Below the pieces are notes generated by a model, which made no database searches, was not told the DNA's origin, and saw nothing but the letters and a program-made list of their open reading frames with translations. A stretch of 64,000 nucleotides of DNA from Prochlorococcus sp. AG-409-F19 (GTDB lineage: Bacteria; Cyanobacteriota; Cyanobacteriia; PCC-6307; Cyanobiaceae), in contig QCJV01000001.1 in the NCBI GenBank assembly GCA_003215795.1, positions 20,548 to 84,547 of the forward strand, given 5' to 3'. Position 1 is the first letter of the stretch; every line of letters starts with the position of its first letter. This document shows positions 32,107-42,235 of this stretch, piece after piece. Made by a program: the position numbers and the translations under genes.

Positions 32107-32128
32107 ATTTAAATCTTAGTTAAACCGG

Positions 32129-33142
32129 CTAATTAGCTTTAACAAGTCTCAAAGAAAAGTCCCAAACATTTTTAGCCGTTACAGGATCCGTAATACGTTC
32201 AGATAATTTCTGGGAGAAGGGTTCTCCATTTTTCTTTTGTCTATTTCCCCAGCTCCAGTGAACTCCAGAGACTCCGAAATCTGGGCTTGAAACAACTTCT
32301 GCAACTCTCTTTCCAGCTAAAGATTGGCTTACAAAACCGCCTGTTATAAACCTTTGAAATAAAGGGAAAAGCCATTGAAAAATCTTTGGTGTATTTCTAA
32401 AAAGTCTTGTATTTGCAACGCAACCAGGGTAAAGAGAGCTAAAAACAACGGCCGAATCTTTAAATCTTCTATGAAGTTCTTGAATGGTAATCATATTGCA
32501 AAGCTTGCTGTCTTTATAAGCTTTTCCAGGCTTAAAGCGTTTACCACTTGCCATCGAAATTGGATCAGTGAACCCTTGCTTAAATCCTGATAAATCGCCT
32601 AGATCAGCTGGTGCAGGTATGGGAATTTTCCCTCCAAGTTCTTGGTAATTTGCGGTTACTGTACCAAGCATGACTAATCTTGAGGATTCAATTCCCCAGG
32701 ATCTTCCTTTCCAAACAGGTCGTTTCGAATTACTGAGGCTTTCTAATAAAAGTTGAATTAACAGAAAGTGACCAAAATGGTTTGTTGCCATAGATAATTC
32801 ATAACCCTGAGATGATCTCTCTGGCTTCGAAAGTCTTGGCTTATAAACTGCAGCATTGCAAACTAATGCATCCAAAGGTCCGTCCAAAGAATCTAAAAGG
32901 TTCTTAGCTCCCTGCCTAACGCTGTTTAAATCAGAAAGGTCTAAATAAATATGTTCTAATTGATTGGGACACCTAAATGGGAGACCTAATTTTACTGCTG
33001 CATCTTCAGCTTTCAAAGGCGATCTATTTGCTGTAATGACTTTCCATCCAAGATCAATCAAAGCTTTGACTGCATACAAACCAACACCGGATGTTGTTCC
33101 AGTTATTAAGACAGTCCCTGGCGCAGATTGAAATGACGACAT
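32129..33142 (-). CDS. por: Light-dependent protochlorophyllide oxidoreductase
   Basis: [24 protein letters not shown] and LYPGCVA motifs. Confidence 0.96.
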   Translation of the reverse strand: MSSFQSAPGTVLITGTTSGVGLYAVKALIDLGWKVITANRSPLKAEDAAVKLGLPFRCPNQLEHIYLDLSDLNSVRQGAKNLLDSLDGPLDALVCNAAVYKPRLSKPERSSQGYELSMATNHFGHFLLIQLLLESLSNSKRPVWKGRSWGIESSRLVMLGTVTANYQELGGKIPIPAPADLGDLSGFKQGFTDPISMASGKRFKPGKAYKDSKLCNMITIQELHRRFKDSAVVFSSLYPGCVANTRLFRNTPKIFQWLFPLFQRFITGGFVSQSLAGKRVAEVVSSPDFGVSGVHWSWGNRQKKNGEPFSQKLSERITDPVTAKNVWDFSLRLVKAN

Positions 33143-33213
33143 CTCTGATTCTTTAACATCTCATTTGTCAACATTCTAATGCCTGCAAGATAAAAGATAT
33201 TCCAACAGAATCC

Positions 33214-33636
33214 TTAACGCCAAATAATCCTTCTACTTTTAGGAGTAATCCACTGATCTTGCTCTTCCATTAACCGAGCTTTACCTCCTATAGAGAACAA
33301 GCTATCAAACCTTAGGTGTAACCTTGCTAGTTTTTCTGTTTCCGACTTAAGAACAGATGCGATTTCGTTATTACGATTGATTCTTTGATGTGAAGCAATT
33401 CCTAAATTTAAGAAACTTGCTATTGCTATGACAAATAACCCTGACTTTATAAAAAGTGATATTAGAGCATAGGTTAATTCACGTTGTTCCTCTTGGAGCT
33501 GGAACCAAGAAGCCCAAGTTGCTGCATCAACAACTTTAGAAGAATAATCGTGACTCTTCTGAGAAAGCTTTCTAAGCGACTTATTTGCTTTCGAAGATGA
33601 ATCTACTTCTTCGTTAAATAGTACCTGAGGGGGCAC
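33214..33636 (-). CDS. Single-TM coiled-coil protein (Slr1601-like, FtsB/DivIC-like candidate)
   Basis: One TM, then heptad-like helix and LMEEQDQWITP..RIIW tail. Confidence 0.6.
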   Translation of the reverse strand: MPPQVLFNEEVDSSSKANKSLRKLSQKSHDYSSKVVDAATWASWFQLQEEQRELTYALISLFIKSGLFVIAIASFLNLGIASHQRINRNNEIASVLKSETEKLARLHLRFDSLFSIGGKARLMEEQDQWITPKSRRIIWR

Positions 33637-33705
33637 AAAAGATAGAAGATACTCATAACCTTCTTTTACCGTAAAAGAAAGACAAATGCCAATGAGATAG
33701 TGTCT

Positions 33706-33810
33706 TTAGGCTCTGCTTAAACTTATGCCTAATCTCAAGGCTAAAATTCCTGCATGCATAACCACCACTAAACAAAGGCCAGCAAGATCAATAGTGGTTG
33801 AGGTCTCCAT
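33706..33810 (-). CDS. psaM: Photosystem I subunit XII
   Basis: Own translation METSTTIDLAGLCLVVVMHAGILALRLGISLSRA* (34 aa) with the A.ILALRLG..L signature; absent from the ORF track. Confidence 0.9.
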   Translation of the reverse strand: METSTTIDLAGLCLVVVMHAGILALRLGISLSRA

Positions 33811-33955
33811 GAAAAGCATAATAACTTTATATATTCTCAACTTAAATCAACGAAAATGGGGATATTCGCAAAACCCTGTCATGGATTAATGCATTTTCAT
33901 ATAAATCCAAACATAAAACCCAGCGTTACAAGTCAGAACCCCAAAAGCATTCTCA

Positions 33956-34717
33956 ATGAATAAAGGTAAGAAAATTTCTCACGAACCAACCCAAACCGGT
34001 CAAATCATAAATGCATCTCTTTTCAGTGGGCCTGCACAAATGGCTTGTGATGTGTTGATGCTTGAAAACCTTAAAAAACGTGCTGATATCTCAATGTCAG
34101 TACGTTTTTACAAGTGGAAGGGAACATGGCTCTCGATTGGACATAACCAAAAAAAATTACCACAGAGATGGATCAACCTAGCTAATGAAAAAAAACTCAA
34201 AATAGTTCGCAGACCAACTGGTGGGAGCGCAGTACTTCATTCAGGAGGACTAACTTATTCTCTGGCCTGGCAATCACCTCCAATAAAAAGACGACAATCT
34301 TATGAAGAAGCAAGTCAATGGTTAATTAATAGTTTCTCAGCTCTTAATTGTCCTTTAAAATTTGGAACAGAAGAGTCCATTCTCCCCACTGGCAATTGTT
34401 TTTCCAGCTCAAGCATTGCAGATCTGATCGACAATCAAGGGAACAAAAGAATTGGGAGTGCTCAATACTGGAGAGGTGGAAATTTGCTTCAGCATGGTGA
34501 AATCCTTTTAGATCCTCCAAAAGAGCTTTGGAGAGAAGTATTTAATACACCTCCACCCCAAGCTGCCCCAAATCATATTCCAAGAAATAGTCTTATAGAT
34601 CATTTAATTAAACACTGTGTTTCCTATTGGTCAAGATTCAAATGGATCCAAAAAGATTTAGGAAAAAATGAATTAGCTATTATTTACAAAAATTCAAAGA
34701 AATACTTTTTTAACTAA
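33956..34717 (+). CDS. Lipoate-protein ligase A family protein
   Basis: QMACD, VRRPTGGSAVLH, KRIGSAQ and LQHG motifs. Confidence 0.88.
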   Translation: MNKGKKISHEPTQTGQIINASLFSGPAQMACDVLMLENLKKRADISMSVRFYKWKGTWLSIGHNQKKLPQRWINLANEKKLKIVRRPTGGSAVLHSGGLTYSLAWQSPPIKRRQSYEEASQWLINSFSALNCPLKFGTEESILPTGNCFSSSSIADLIDNQGNKRIGSAQYWRGGNLLQHGEILLDPPKELWREVFNTPPPQAAPNHIPRNSLIDHLIKHCVSYWSRFKWIQKDLGKNELAIIYKNSKKYFFN

Positions 34718-34822
34718 GCTAATGAGGAAGAACAAATCATTATTTTATCTAATTAAAGAATAAGTTTTTAGAGACGTAAAAGAACTGCTATTAATAACAA
34801 ATAGACTCAGCACAACGAAACT

Positions 34823-36115
34823 TCATTCAGATCCTTTGTTCTGAAGAGTTGATCCTATGACCCATTTATCCAATTCAGTTTTCTGAATCAAGCTCTTATT
34901 AATCATACCCTTAACAATCTTAACTAAAGAAATTCCTAAAGGATAAACATTATTTTTTCTAGCTTCATCCAAAATAGGTTTTGGAAGCTTAAGTCCAAGT
35001 TTTTTCAAAACAATTTCCGAGAGATCAACCTTATCGATAGTTCCTGATGGTAATCCTGCAAGATTAAAGACTAAAAGTATTTGATCTTTTTGTTTCTCTA
35101 AGGCTAACACTGCTGCCCAAAGTGGACTGTTCTCACTTATAGAAGGCAAATCAGAAAGAGGTTTTTTGTAATCAGCCAAGAGATAGTTATCCCAGTGCTT
35201 AACTGGTACATCTTTTAAGAATTCGGGAATAATATAGCCAACCCATCTTCCAGAACTACACAACAAGACCCATTCTTTTGAGCAATTCTTACCATAAGAA
35301 ATTATGCCCAAATCACTTAGCCGTTTTAATGGTTGATCTTGTTCAAGAATGCGAAAGCGTCTTTTGGAAATTTCTTTAACAGTGGAGGTGGATAAGGTTT
35401 GCTGAACAATTGTTATTTGGTCTTGAGATCTGGTTGCAGTAAGACCAAACCAACCAAATACTATTAGGGAAAAAGCTAAAAAAGCTGCTCCTGGGACAGT
35501 CAAAGTCAATACACCTAAGACAATTACTCCTAAAGAGAAAAAACGTCCTGAAGCAGTTGCTAATCGATGACCTTTTTTTTCACTTCCAGTGAAATGCCAA
35601 ACCAATGATTTAAGAATTACGCCACCATCTAAAGGTAATGCTGGTAACAAGTTAAAACCTGCCAACAGTAAATTTATTAAACCAACCTGGGTAAGGAAAT
35701 TTTGTAGTACTGGACTAACATCTTGCAGGGGGCTAGAGATAGAGATACAAAGAATCGCTATAGAGATGCTTGCAATCGGACCAGCTATAGCAACTCTGAG
35801 ATGACTCATAGCCGTTGCACTTGGCGTACCTATACTTTTGATTCCACTAAAAGAAAAAATAGTAACTCCATAGACTTTCACTCCTTCATTCAAAGCAGCA
35901 AAAGAATGGGCAATCTCACGCAAAAGAACAGATATCAAGAGAAATACTGATGTCAAGAAGCCAAGACACCAACCTTGCCAAGTTGGGAATTGATCTGCAA
36001 ATGTTCTCGAAAACTGGACTTGTGATAATCGGGTAAATATTATAAGAAACAGCATCCAACTTGGATGAATCTTTAAGGAGATGCCCCTTAGTTTGATCAA
36101 CTCAATACCGTCCAA
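34823..36115 (-). CDS. Site-2 protease (M50) family protein with degenerate zinc motif
   Basis: IHPSW, LLREIAHS (for HExxH), AIAGP, FNLLPALPLDGG; TTG start at 36115 with GGAGGAGG RBS. Confidence 0.85.
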   Translation of the reverse strand: MDGIELIKLRGISLKIHPSWMLFLIIFTRLSQVQFSRTFADQFPTWQGWCLGFLTSVFLLISVLLREIAHSFAALNEGVKVYGVTIFSFSGIKSIGTPSATAMSHLRVAIAGPIASISIAILCISISSPLQDVSPVLQNFLTQVGLINLLLAGFNLLPALPLDGGVILKSLVWHFTGSEKKGHRLATASGRFFSLGVIVLGVLTLTVPGAAFLAFSLIVFGWFGLTATRSQDQITIVQQTLSTSTVKEISKRRFRILEQDQPLKRLSDLGIISYGKNCSKEWVLLCSSGRWVGYIIPEFLKDVPVKHWDNYLLADYKKPLSDLPSISENSPLWAAVLALEKQKDQILLVFNLAGLPSGTIDKVDLSEIVLKKLGLKLPKPILDEARKNNVYPLGISLVKIVKGMINKSLIQKTELDKWVIGSTLQNKGSE

Positions 36116-36192
36116 GGTCCTCCTCCAAATAAGTAAGAAATGATAAGCAACTGCTTCAATCCTATAAAGACAATAGTTAATTGAGTTTGACC

Positions 36193-36855
36193 ATGAGAAA
36201 TCAAGTCTCACCATATGTAAAGATCTGCGGCATAACACAAATTGAGCAAGCCCTAGAGATTGCCTCCTTCGGAGTACATGCAATTGGTGTAATAGGAGTA
36301 GAAAGCTCTCCTCGTTTCCTTTGCGAAAAAGAAAGGCGCAGATTATTCAATGAATTGATTAAAAATGCACCATTAGTTAAGAGGGTCTGGGTAGTTGCCA
36401 ACTTAAACATTAAGAAAATCAAGGAAGGCATCGAGGGTGAAGGAACACCATCAGTTGTTCAACTCCATGGGTCTGAATCAACAATGCTTTGCGAAGAATT
36501 GAAAAAATCATACCCTGATATTCAATGGTGGAAAGCATTACAAATTCGCCAAAAGGATGATTTGCTTTTAGCAGAAAGTTACCAAAAACATGTTGATGCA
36601 ATACTTCTTGATGCTTGGAGTCAAAGCAGTTTAGGAGGTACAGGCAATAGATTACCTCTCGAATGGCTTAAAAACATCACTTACAAAATTCCTTGGTGGC
36701 TAGCAGGAGGGGTCTCTGATTCTTCTATTGATGAGATTCTTTCCAAAACCCAAGCTTCAGGGATAGACGCTTCTAGCAAATTAGAAATTCAACCTGGCAT
36801 TAAAGATATGGAAAAAGTAAAAGCCCTTTTAAACAAAGTAAAAAAGCTATCTTGA
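36193..36855 (+). CDS. trpF: Phosphoribosylanthranilate isomerase
   Basis: VKICGIT, VQLHGSE, LLDA, GGTG, LAGG and DASS motifs. Confidence 0.94.
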   Translation: MRNQVSPYVKICGITQIEQALEIASFGVHAIGVIGVESSPRFLCEKERRRLFNELIKNAPLVKRVWVVANLNIKKIKEGIEGEGTPSVVQLHGSESTMLCEELKKSYPDIQWWKALQIRQKDDLLLAESYQKHVDAILLDAWSQSSLGGTGNRLPLEWLKNITYKIPWWLAGGVSDSSIDEILSKTQASGIDASSKLEIQPGIKDMEKVKALLNKVKKLS

Positions 36856-37602
36856 AAGTGCTGTTTCTTGTTGTCTGACAAGTTCAAAGAATTCTTGCTT
36901 AAGACTTGAGTCATGGCGAAAGTCTCCTCTGACTACAGAATTCACCATGCTGCATTGAGACTCTTTAACCCCTCTTAACTTCATACAATAATGATCAGCC
37001 TTGATAATAATTCCAAGACCTTGAGGCTCACAAAGTTTTTCAATTTCATTAGCCAGAATTATTACAGCCTCTTCTTGAATATGAGGCCGAGAAAAGACCC
37101 AGTCTGCAACTCGCGAAAACTTTGAAAGACCTATTACACGTGAACCAGGCTTTATTCCAATCCAACAGTTCCCCATTATAGGAACAAAATGGTGTGAGCA
37201 TGCTGATCTAACTGTAATAGGTCCAACTGTATAGATTTCATCGAGTTGTTTAACATTTGGAAAACTTGTTACTTTTGGTTGTTTATGATACCTTCCTTTA
37301 AAAACCTCATTAATATACATTCTCGCTACCCTGTCAGATGTTTCCCTAGTATTATGATCATTATCTATATCTATAATTAAACTTCTAAGAAGATCTTTTA
37401 TTCTAATAGAAACTTCTTTTTCTAGCTCTTTTAGTTCTCCTTCTTCAATGCATTCTGCTAAATTATCATTAGCAAAAAAAGAAATATCTCTTTCCTTCAA
37501 CCTTGCTCTTATCCTATCTGAGACTAATGACAAATCATCAAATCCTTTAATAGGTTCTTCCCTACTTTCACTATATGAAGAAGAGTTAGTTTGAGAAGTC
37601 AT
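36847..37602 (-). CDS. folE: GTP cyclohydrolase I
   Basis: SACSHHFVP, GLSKFSR, IQEE and HYCMKLRG motifs. Confidence 0.95.
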   Translation of the reverse strand: MTSQTNSSSYSESREEPIKGFDDLSLVSDRIRARLKERDISFFANDNLAECIEEGELKELEKEVSIRIKDLLRSLIIDIDNDHNTRETSDRVARMYINEVFKGRYHKQPKVTSFPNVKQLDEIYTVGPITVRSACSHHFVPIMGNCWIGIKPGSRVIGLSKFSRVADWVFSRPHIQEEAVIILANEIEKLCEPQGLGIIIKADHYCMKLRGVKESQCSMVNSVVRGDFRHDSSLKQEFFELVRQQETALSR

Positions 37603-37610
37603 AAGTTAAA

Positions 37611-38318
37611 TCAGAACGCACCTGAAGAAGGCATCAATGTAAGGTCATCAATCATTTGGGAGTCAGGTTGACTCGCCATATGAAGCAGCTCTGAGGCTAC
37701 CTGGTCAACTGAGAGCATTTTTTCGCGATCAAAGTCGCTGTTAATATTTTCAGATTCCCACAGATCACTATTAACAGAGCCCAGGGTAAGAGTACAAGCC
37801 CTTATACCAAAATTCCGCTCCTCTTCAGCTAAACATTTGGTGAACCTTTCCAATGCAGCCTTGCTAACACAATAAGCTCCCCATTGTGGGAAAGAGTTTC
37901 TTGCTGCATGACTACTCACATTAATAATCAATCCTTTGTTACGTCTCATCAAAGGAATTATTAATGAACATATCTGAAAGACGCTAGTCAAATTCATTTG
38001 CATCAACCAATTCCATTTTTCTAATGGCATAGCAGCAAGTTCCCCAGTCCATGCAACTCCAGCGTTATTAATAAGAACCGAAGGTTCCAATCCATTACTA
38101 AGTAAGTTATGGATTCCTTCAGAAATCTGATTTGGATCAGATAGATCTATGCATTCAAAAAACACTTTAGACCCTGTTGCAATTAAGTCTTCAGAGAGGG
38201 ATTGAAGATGCTGTCTCGAACGAGCTACAAGCAGGAGATCCCAACCTGCTCTTGCAAATGCCTCTGCAGCGGCTTTGCCAATGCCTTTAGACGCCCCTGT
38301 GATAAGAGCAGTTGCCAA
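37611..38318 (-). CDS. Short-chain dehydrogenase/reductase
   Basis: TGASKGIG, NNAG and YCVSK motifs. Confidence 0.92.
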   Translation of the reverse strand: MATALITGASKGIGKAAAEAFARAGWDLLLVARSRQHLQSLSEDLIATGSKVFFECIDLSDPNQISEGIHNLLSNGLEPSVLINNAGVAWTGELAAMPLEKWNWLMQMNLTSVFQICSLIIPLMRRNKGLIINVSSHAARNSFPQWGAYCVSKAALERFTKCLAEEERNFGIRACTLTLGSVNSDLWESENINSDFDREKMLSVDQVASELLHMASQPDSQMIDDLTLMPSSGAF

Positions 38319-38344
38319 TGAATCTCCTTTGATTTAAAAAGATT

Positions 38345-39334
38345 CTATGTAATCAACTGGCCTTCTTGCGGGCTTGATTCTAAAAAACTGCCAATTTTCC
38401 TAAATTTCTCATATCTTTTATCTCTAAGTGTTTGAACAGGGAGTGCTAACAATTCATTCAGATATTTAAGCAATACCTGTTTCAAAGCTTCTCCTGCCTG
38501 AAGAGGCGCCCAATTATTCCCACCTGAAGGCTCTTTAATGACTTCATCTACAATTCCTAAACTAAGTAAATCTGTTCCAGTAATTTTCAATGCAGATGCT
38601 GCTTCTGGTGCCTTAGCCGCATCCCTCCAAAGAATAGAAGCACAAGCTTCAGGACTAGCAACTGTATAAACACTATGTTCAAACATTAGCAATTTATCTG
38701 CAACGCCAATCCCTAAGGCACCACCAGATCCACCTTCTCCTATTACTGTTGCAATAATTGGTACTGTTAATCGAAACATTTCACGCAAATTAACAGCTAT
38801 AGCTTCTCCCTGCCCCTGCTCCTCAGCAAGGAGACCAGCATATGCTCCAGGGGTATCAATAAAACAAATAATTGGCAAATTAAATCTATCTGCATGATTC
38901 ATTAATCTCAAGGCTTTTCGATAACCTCCTGGCTTAGCCATACCAAAGTTTCTAGCAACATTCTCCTTAGTATCCCTTCCTTTTTGTTGGCCAATCAACA
39001 TAACAGCTTTATCTTCAATTCGAGCTATACCTCCGACCAAGGCACTGTCATCACTGCCACTTCTATCGCCATGTAACTCTATCCAGTCTTCGCAAAACAT
39101 TTGAATGAAGTCAAGGGTACTTGGTCTTTGAGGATGTCTCGCAACTTGTATCTTTTCTGCAGGTGTCAATGCTCTGAATATTTCGTCCCTTCTTCTTGCA
39201 GCAAGTGTTTCTAACTGAAGCAACTGCTGACTAACATCAACTTCCGAATCTCTTGCCAACTCTCGAATTTGTTCAATCTGCTTTTCGAGCTCAACTAATG
39301 GTTTTTCAAACTCCAGAAGATAACGGCGTGCCAT
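38345..39334 (-). CDS. accA: Acetyl-CoA carboxylase carboxyltransferase alpha subunit
   Basis: LEFEKPL, ARHPQRP, DTPGAY and GEGGSGGAL motifs. Confidence 0.97.
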   Translation of the reverse strand: MARRYLLEFEKPLVELEKQIEQIRELARDSEVDVSQQLLQLETLAARRRDEIFRALTPAEKIQVARHPQRPSTLDFIQMFCEDWIELHGDRSGSDDSALVGGIARIEDKAVMLIGQQKGRDTKENVARNFGMAKPGGYRKALRLMNHADRFNLPIICFIDTPGAYAGLLAEEQGQGEAIAVNLREMFRLTVPIIATVIGEGGSGGALGIGVADKLLMFEHSVYTVASPEACASILWRDAAKAPEAASALKITGTDLLSLGIVDEVIKEPSGGNNWAPLQAGEALKQVLLKYLNELLALPVQTLRDKRYEKFRKIGSFLESSPQEGQLIT

Positions 39335-39351
39335 GGAAAGAATGTCAATAA

Positions 39352-40392
39352 TCAGGCATAAACAGCCTGCAAATCAGGCTGAAGGCCAAGTACAGAGAAA
39401 CCATGCCTTAAAGAGGCCTCGCCAATGAAGTCCATTTTCTCCAAAGTTATGTTATTTCTCCCCCAACTGAAATTAGTATGGCAATTCTCAAATTCAAGCA
39501 GCATAGCCTCTGCAAAACAAGCGAACATTTGCCTTTGGGGAACCTCCATCTCGGCAATTGCCATCATATTCCAACCAATATCAGTAAAAAATTCAACTAT
39601 TCCACCTTTAAGTATATGAATTCCTGATCCAGCAAATTTCATATCAAGATTCTTGGGATAGCCTCCATCAATCATTAGACAAGGTTTACGAAGATTGCTT
39701 TTGTCAATCTCAAGATTCTTAGGCAAACTAGCAACCCAAATAACAGCATCCGCCTCTGGCAGCGCTTCTTCTAAACTAAGGATTCTTCCTCCTTGAAGAT
39801 CTTGCTGAAGATCTTTCAATGGCTGCTGCTGGCGAGCTACTAAAAGTAATTCTGCTACCCCTGTTCGCTGCGACAACCATCTACAAACAGCACTTCCAAT
39901 ATCTCCGGTGGCGCCAACTATAGCTACTTTAGCTTTCTTAAGGTCTATTCCTAATTTAGGAGCATTCATCTCTAACTGACGGCATATAACCCAGGCTGTA
40001 TGAGTATTCCCAGTTGTAAACCTTTGCCAGTTAAGGGTGGTATTTCTAACTTGCCGATGTTGAAGCAAGTTGAAATTCTCAAAAATGATCGAAGTAAATC
40101 CACCAAGCGCTGTAATACTTATACCTTTCTTCTGAGCCAGTTCCATTGCATTGAGGACTTTTCTTCTAGCTGTTTTAAATCTGCTCAACATTTCAGGAAC
40201 AAAGCAGGAATCTATATAAGCTCCTTCAATCGTTTTACCTATTGCACTAACAATTTCAACATGTTCTACCAACTGAGGGGGTGCACTGCACCAAACATCC
40301 AAATCTCCCTCTGCGATATGTTCATACCCCAAATCCATTGCCTTTTGTCTGGCATCTTTAAAACTTGTTGAATGTCCGATCAATCCAAACAT
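39352..40392 (-). CDS. aar: Long-chain acyl-ACP reductase
   Basis: [23 protein letters not shown] and FACFAE motifs. Confidence 0.96.
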   Translation of the reverse strand: MFGLIGHSTSFKDARQKAMDLGYEHIAEGDLDVWCSAPPQLVEHVEIVSAIGKTIEGAYIDSCFVPEMLSRFKTARRKVLNAMELAQKKGISITALGGFTSIIFENFNLLQHRQVRNTTLNWQRFTTGNTHTAWVICRQLEMNAPKLGIDLKKAKVAIVGATGDIGSAVCRWLSQRTGVAELLLVARQQQPLKDLQQDLQGGRILSLEEALPEADAVIWVASLPKNLEIDKSNLRKPCLMIDGGYPKNLDMKFAGSGIHILKGGIVEFFTDIGWNMMAIAEMEVPQRQMFACFAEAMLLEFENCHTNFSWGRNNITLEKMDFIGEASLRHGFSVLGLQPDLQAVYA

Positions 40393-40535
40393 CTAACTAA
40401 AAACTTCATTTAAGAAGCAAATTCCTAATTGCAGTCTCATAGATTAAACCATAACGCAGCAGAACAATAATTAATAGCAGTTTTAGAGTGCTAAAAGGCT
40501 AATTAAGTAAGGATTTGTACTAATTGAAGTCTAAA

Positions 40536-41255
40536 CTACACCAAAGCCGCTAAAGCCATTCGAGCTATTTCTCTAGAATCCAATCCAATTTCCAATAGAG
40601 AATCTTGATAAGCAATCATAAACTCTTCCATCAATTCTTCTTTGTCCATATCAAGAGCTTCAGCATCATCAGCAACCTGATCAAGCATTGATTTGATAAG
40701 TGGAAGATTTTCTTTATTTGCCTTCATCAACTCTTCTTTACAAGTACTTAGATTTGATTTCAACCACTCTTGACCGTAATTCAGATGCAGGTATTCGTCC
40801 TTTACAACATTTTCAGTAATTTTTCTTGCAAAAGGATCAGCAACTCTTATGTAAACGTGATAAGCAGATATTGCAAAAGCTTCAATGAGAATAGCCTGAA
40901 TAAGAAAACAGGTTGTTAGATTCTGCTCTTTAAAAGCTTTCTGAAAATTACCGTGTAAAGGTGCAAAGAATTCTTCAGCAAACGGCATATCAGCCTTTAC
41001 ACCAAGATTTCTTCCACAAGCAGTGAACCCTTTCATATGCTTTAGCTCCATCACCGCTAGCTTCTTCAACTCATCTGCCTTGTCAGGGATAAGATTCCCT
41101 ATCGAAAGATAATTCTCATGAGCCTCCTTCTCTCCTTCAATAACAATTGCATTAATCCTGCTATAGGCGTCTTTATACCCCTCTGAGGAGAAATCTGGAA
41201 GACAAGCCTCTAAGTCATTATTAACTGCAACCTCTGTAGATTCTAGGGTCGGCAT
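40536..41255 (-). CDS. ado: Aldehyde-deformylating oxygenase
   Basis: YKDAYSRINAIVIEGE and di-iron ExxH motifs (ELKH, EYLH). Confidence 0.97.
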   Translation of the reverse strand: MPTLESTEVAVNNDLEACLPDFSSEGYKDAYSRINAIVIEGEKEAHENYLSIGNLIPDKADELKKLAVMELKHMKGFTACGRNLGVKADMPFAEEFFAPLHGNFQKAFKEQNLTTCFLIQAILIEAFAISAYHVYIRVADPFARKITENVVKDEYLHLNYGQEWLKSNLSTCKEELMKANKENLPLIKSMLDQVADDAEALDMDKEELMEEFMIAYQDSLLEIGLDSREIARMALAALV

Positions 41256-41322
41256 GATTTTTGAAATTCACATTATGCGGCACTGTACAGAATTAAAAGC
41301 AAAATAGCGACATTTTTCTTTA

Positions 41323-42174
41323 TCAATTATTGGTATTTAATTTTCTCGAATTATCAACAGGGGGCCATTTACTGTTCATAAGGTTCAAAAACAATCCCAA
41401 CCAATGGTCTACCAATACTTTTCTTAAACTATCTCCCAACTTGGGATTAGCTCCACGACTATCTCCAATTACTCCTGACTGACTCAATTCTTTAGTTAGC
41501 CATGCACATGGAGCTGCTCCTTCAAGGCTCCAACCTTTGGGAACTTTCATACTTGGATCACTACAAGTTTTGAAATCACCATCATATGGCCTGAGATCTC
41601 CAACAAGCTTGGGATCAAATGAAAGCATCAAACTGGTTTCAGCTAAAGCAGCATGCAATCCTTGTTCAACCTCTCTATTAGGAATTAAATCCTTTAATTC
41701 ATCAACCCCACTCCACAAGAAGCATGGCAAAACAGCCATAGAAGGGCACTGAATTCTTAATTCTCTTGCTATTGCTTGCAAAAGACCTATCTGCCCTCCA
41801 TGCGCATTAAAAAGTACAAGTCTTTGAAATCCCATGTTTGCTAACTGTTTCCCTATTTCACTAACAATTTCCATCATTAAACTGCCTGACAAAGACAATG
41901 TCCCAGGGAAGCCCAAATGCTCTGGGGAAAAACCAACTGTTTGGGGAGGTAAAGACCAAATAGGAAAATCTTTTGGCAATCCTTCAAGAACTTCAAACAA
42001 AACACTTTCAGCGAAGTAAGTGTCTGTAATCAAAGGTAATTGTGGTCCATGTTGTTCACATGCACCAAATGGCCAAACAATGGTAGATCCCTCTTTCAAA
42101 GCAGCCTTAGAAGCATCAGGCCAGCTAAGAAAAGCCAAATTTCGTAATTGAGAACTGATAGAAATAACCTCCAA
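41323..42174 (-). CDS. Creatininase family amidohydrolase
   Basis: GACEQHGPQLPLITD, SPEH..FPGT, NAHGG and HAALAETS motifs. Confidence 0.9.
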   Translation of the reverse strand: MEVISISSQLRNLAFLSWPDASKAALKEGSTIVWPFGACEQHGPQLPLITDTYFAESVLFEVLEGLPKDFPIWSLPPQTVGFSPEHLGFPGTLSLSGSLMMEIVSEIGKQLANMGFQRLVLFNAHGGQIGLLQAIARELRIQCPSMAVLPCFLWSGVDELKDLIPNREVEQGLHAALAETSLMLSFDPKLVGDLRPYDGDFKTCSDPSMKVPKGWSLEGAAPCAWLTKELSQSGVIGDSRGANPKLGDSLRKVLVDHWLGLFLNLMNSKWPPVDNSRKLNTNN

Positions 42175-42235
42175 ACATGAAATAATTTAACTTTTCCTGC
42201 AAGAATGACTTATTGATAAACCCCCATAAGGCCCA

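Noticed and set aside
36116-36283. N-terminal extension of the M50 ORF overlapping trpF
   Set aside because: A strong RBS supports the TTG start at 36115
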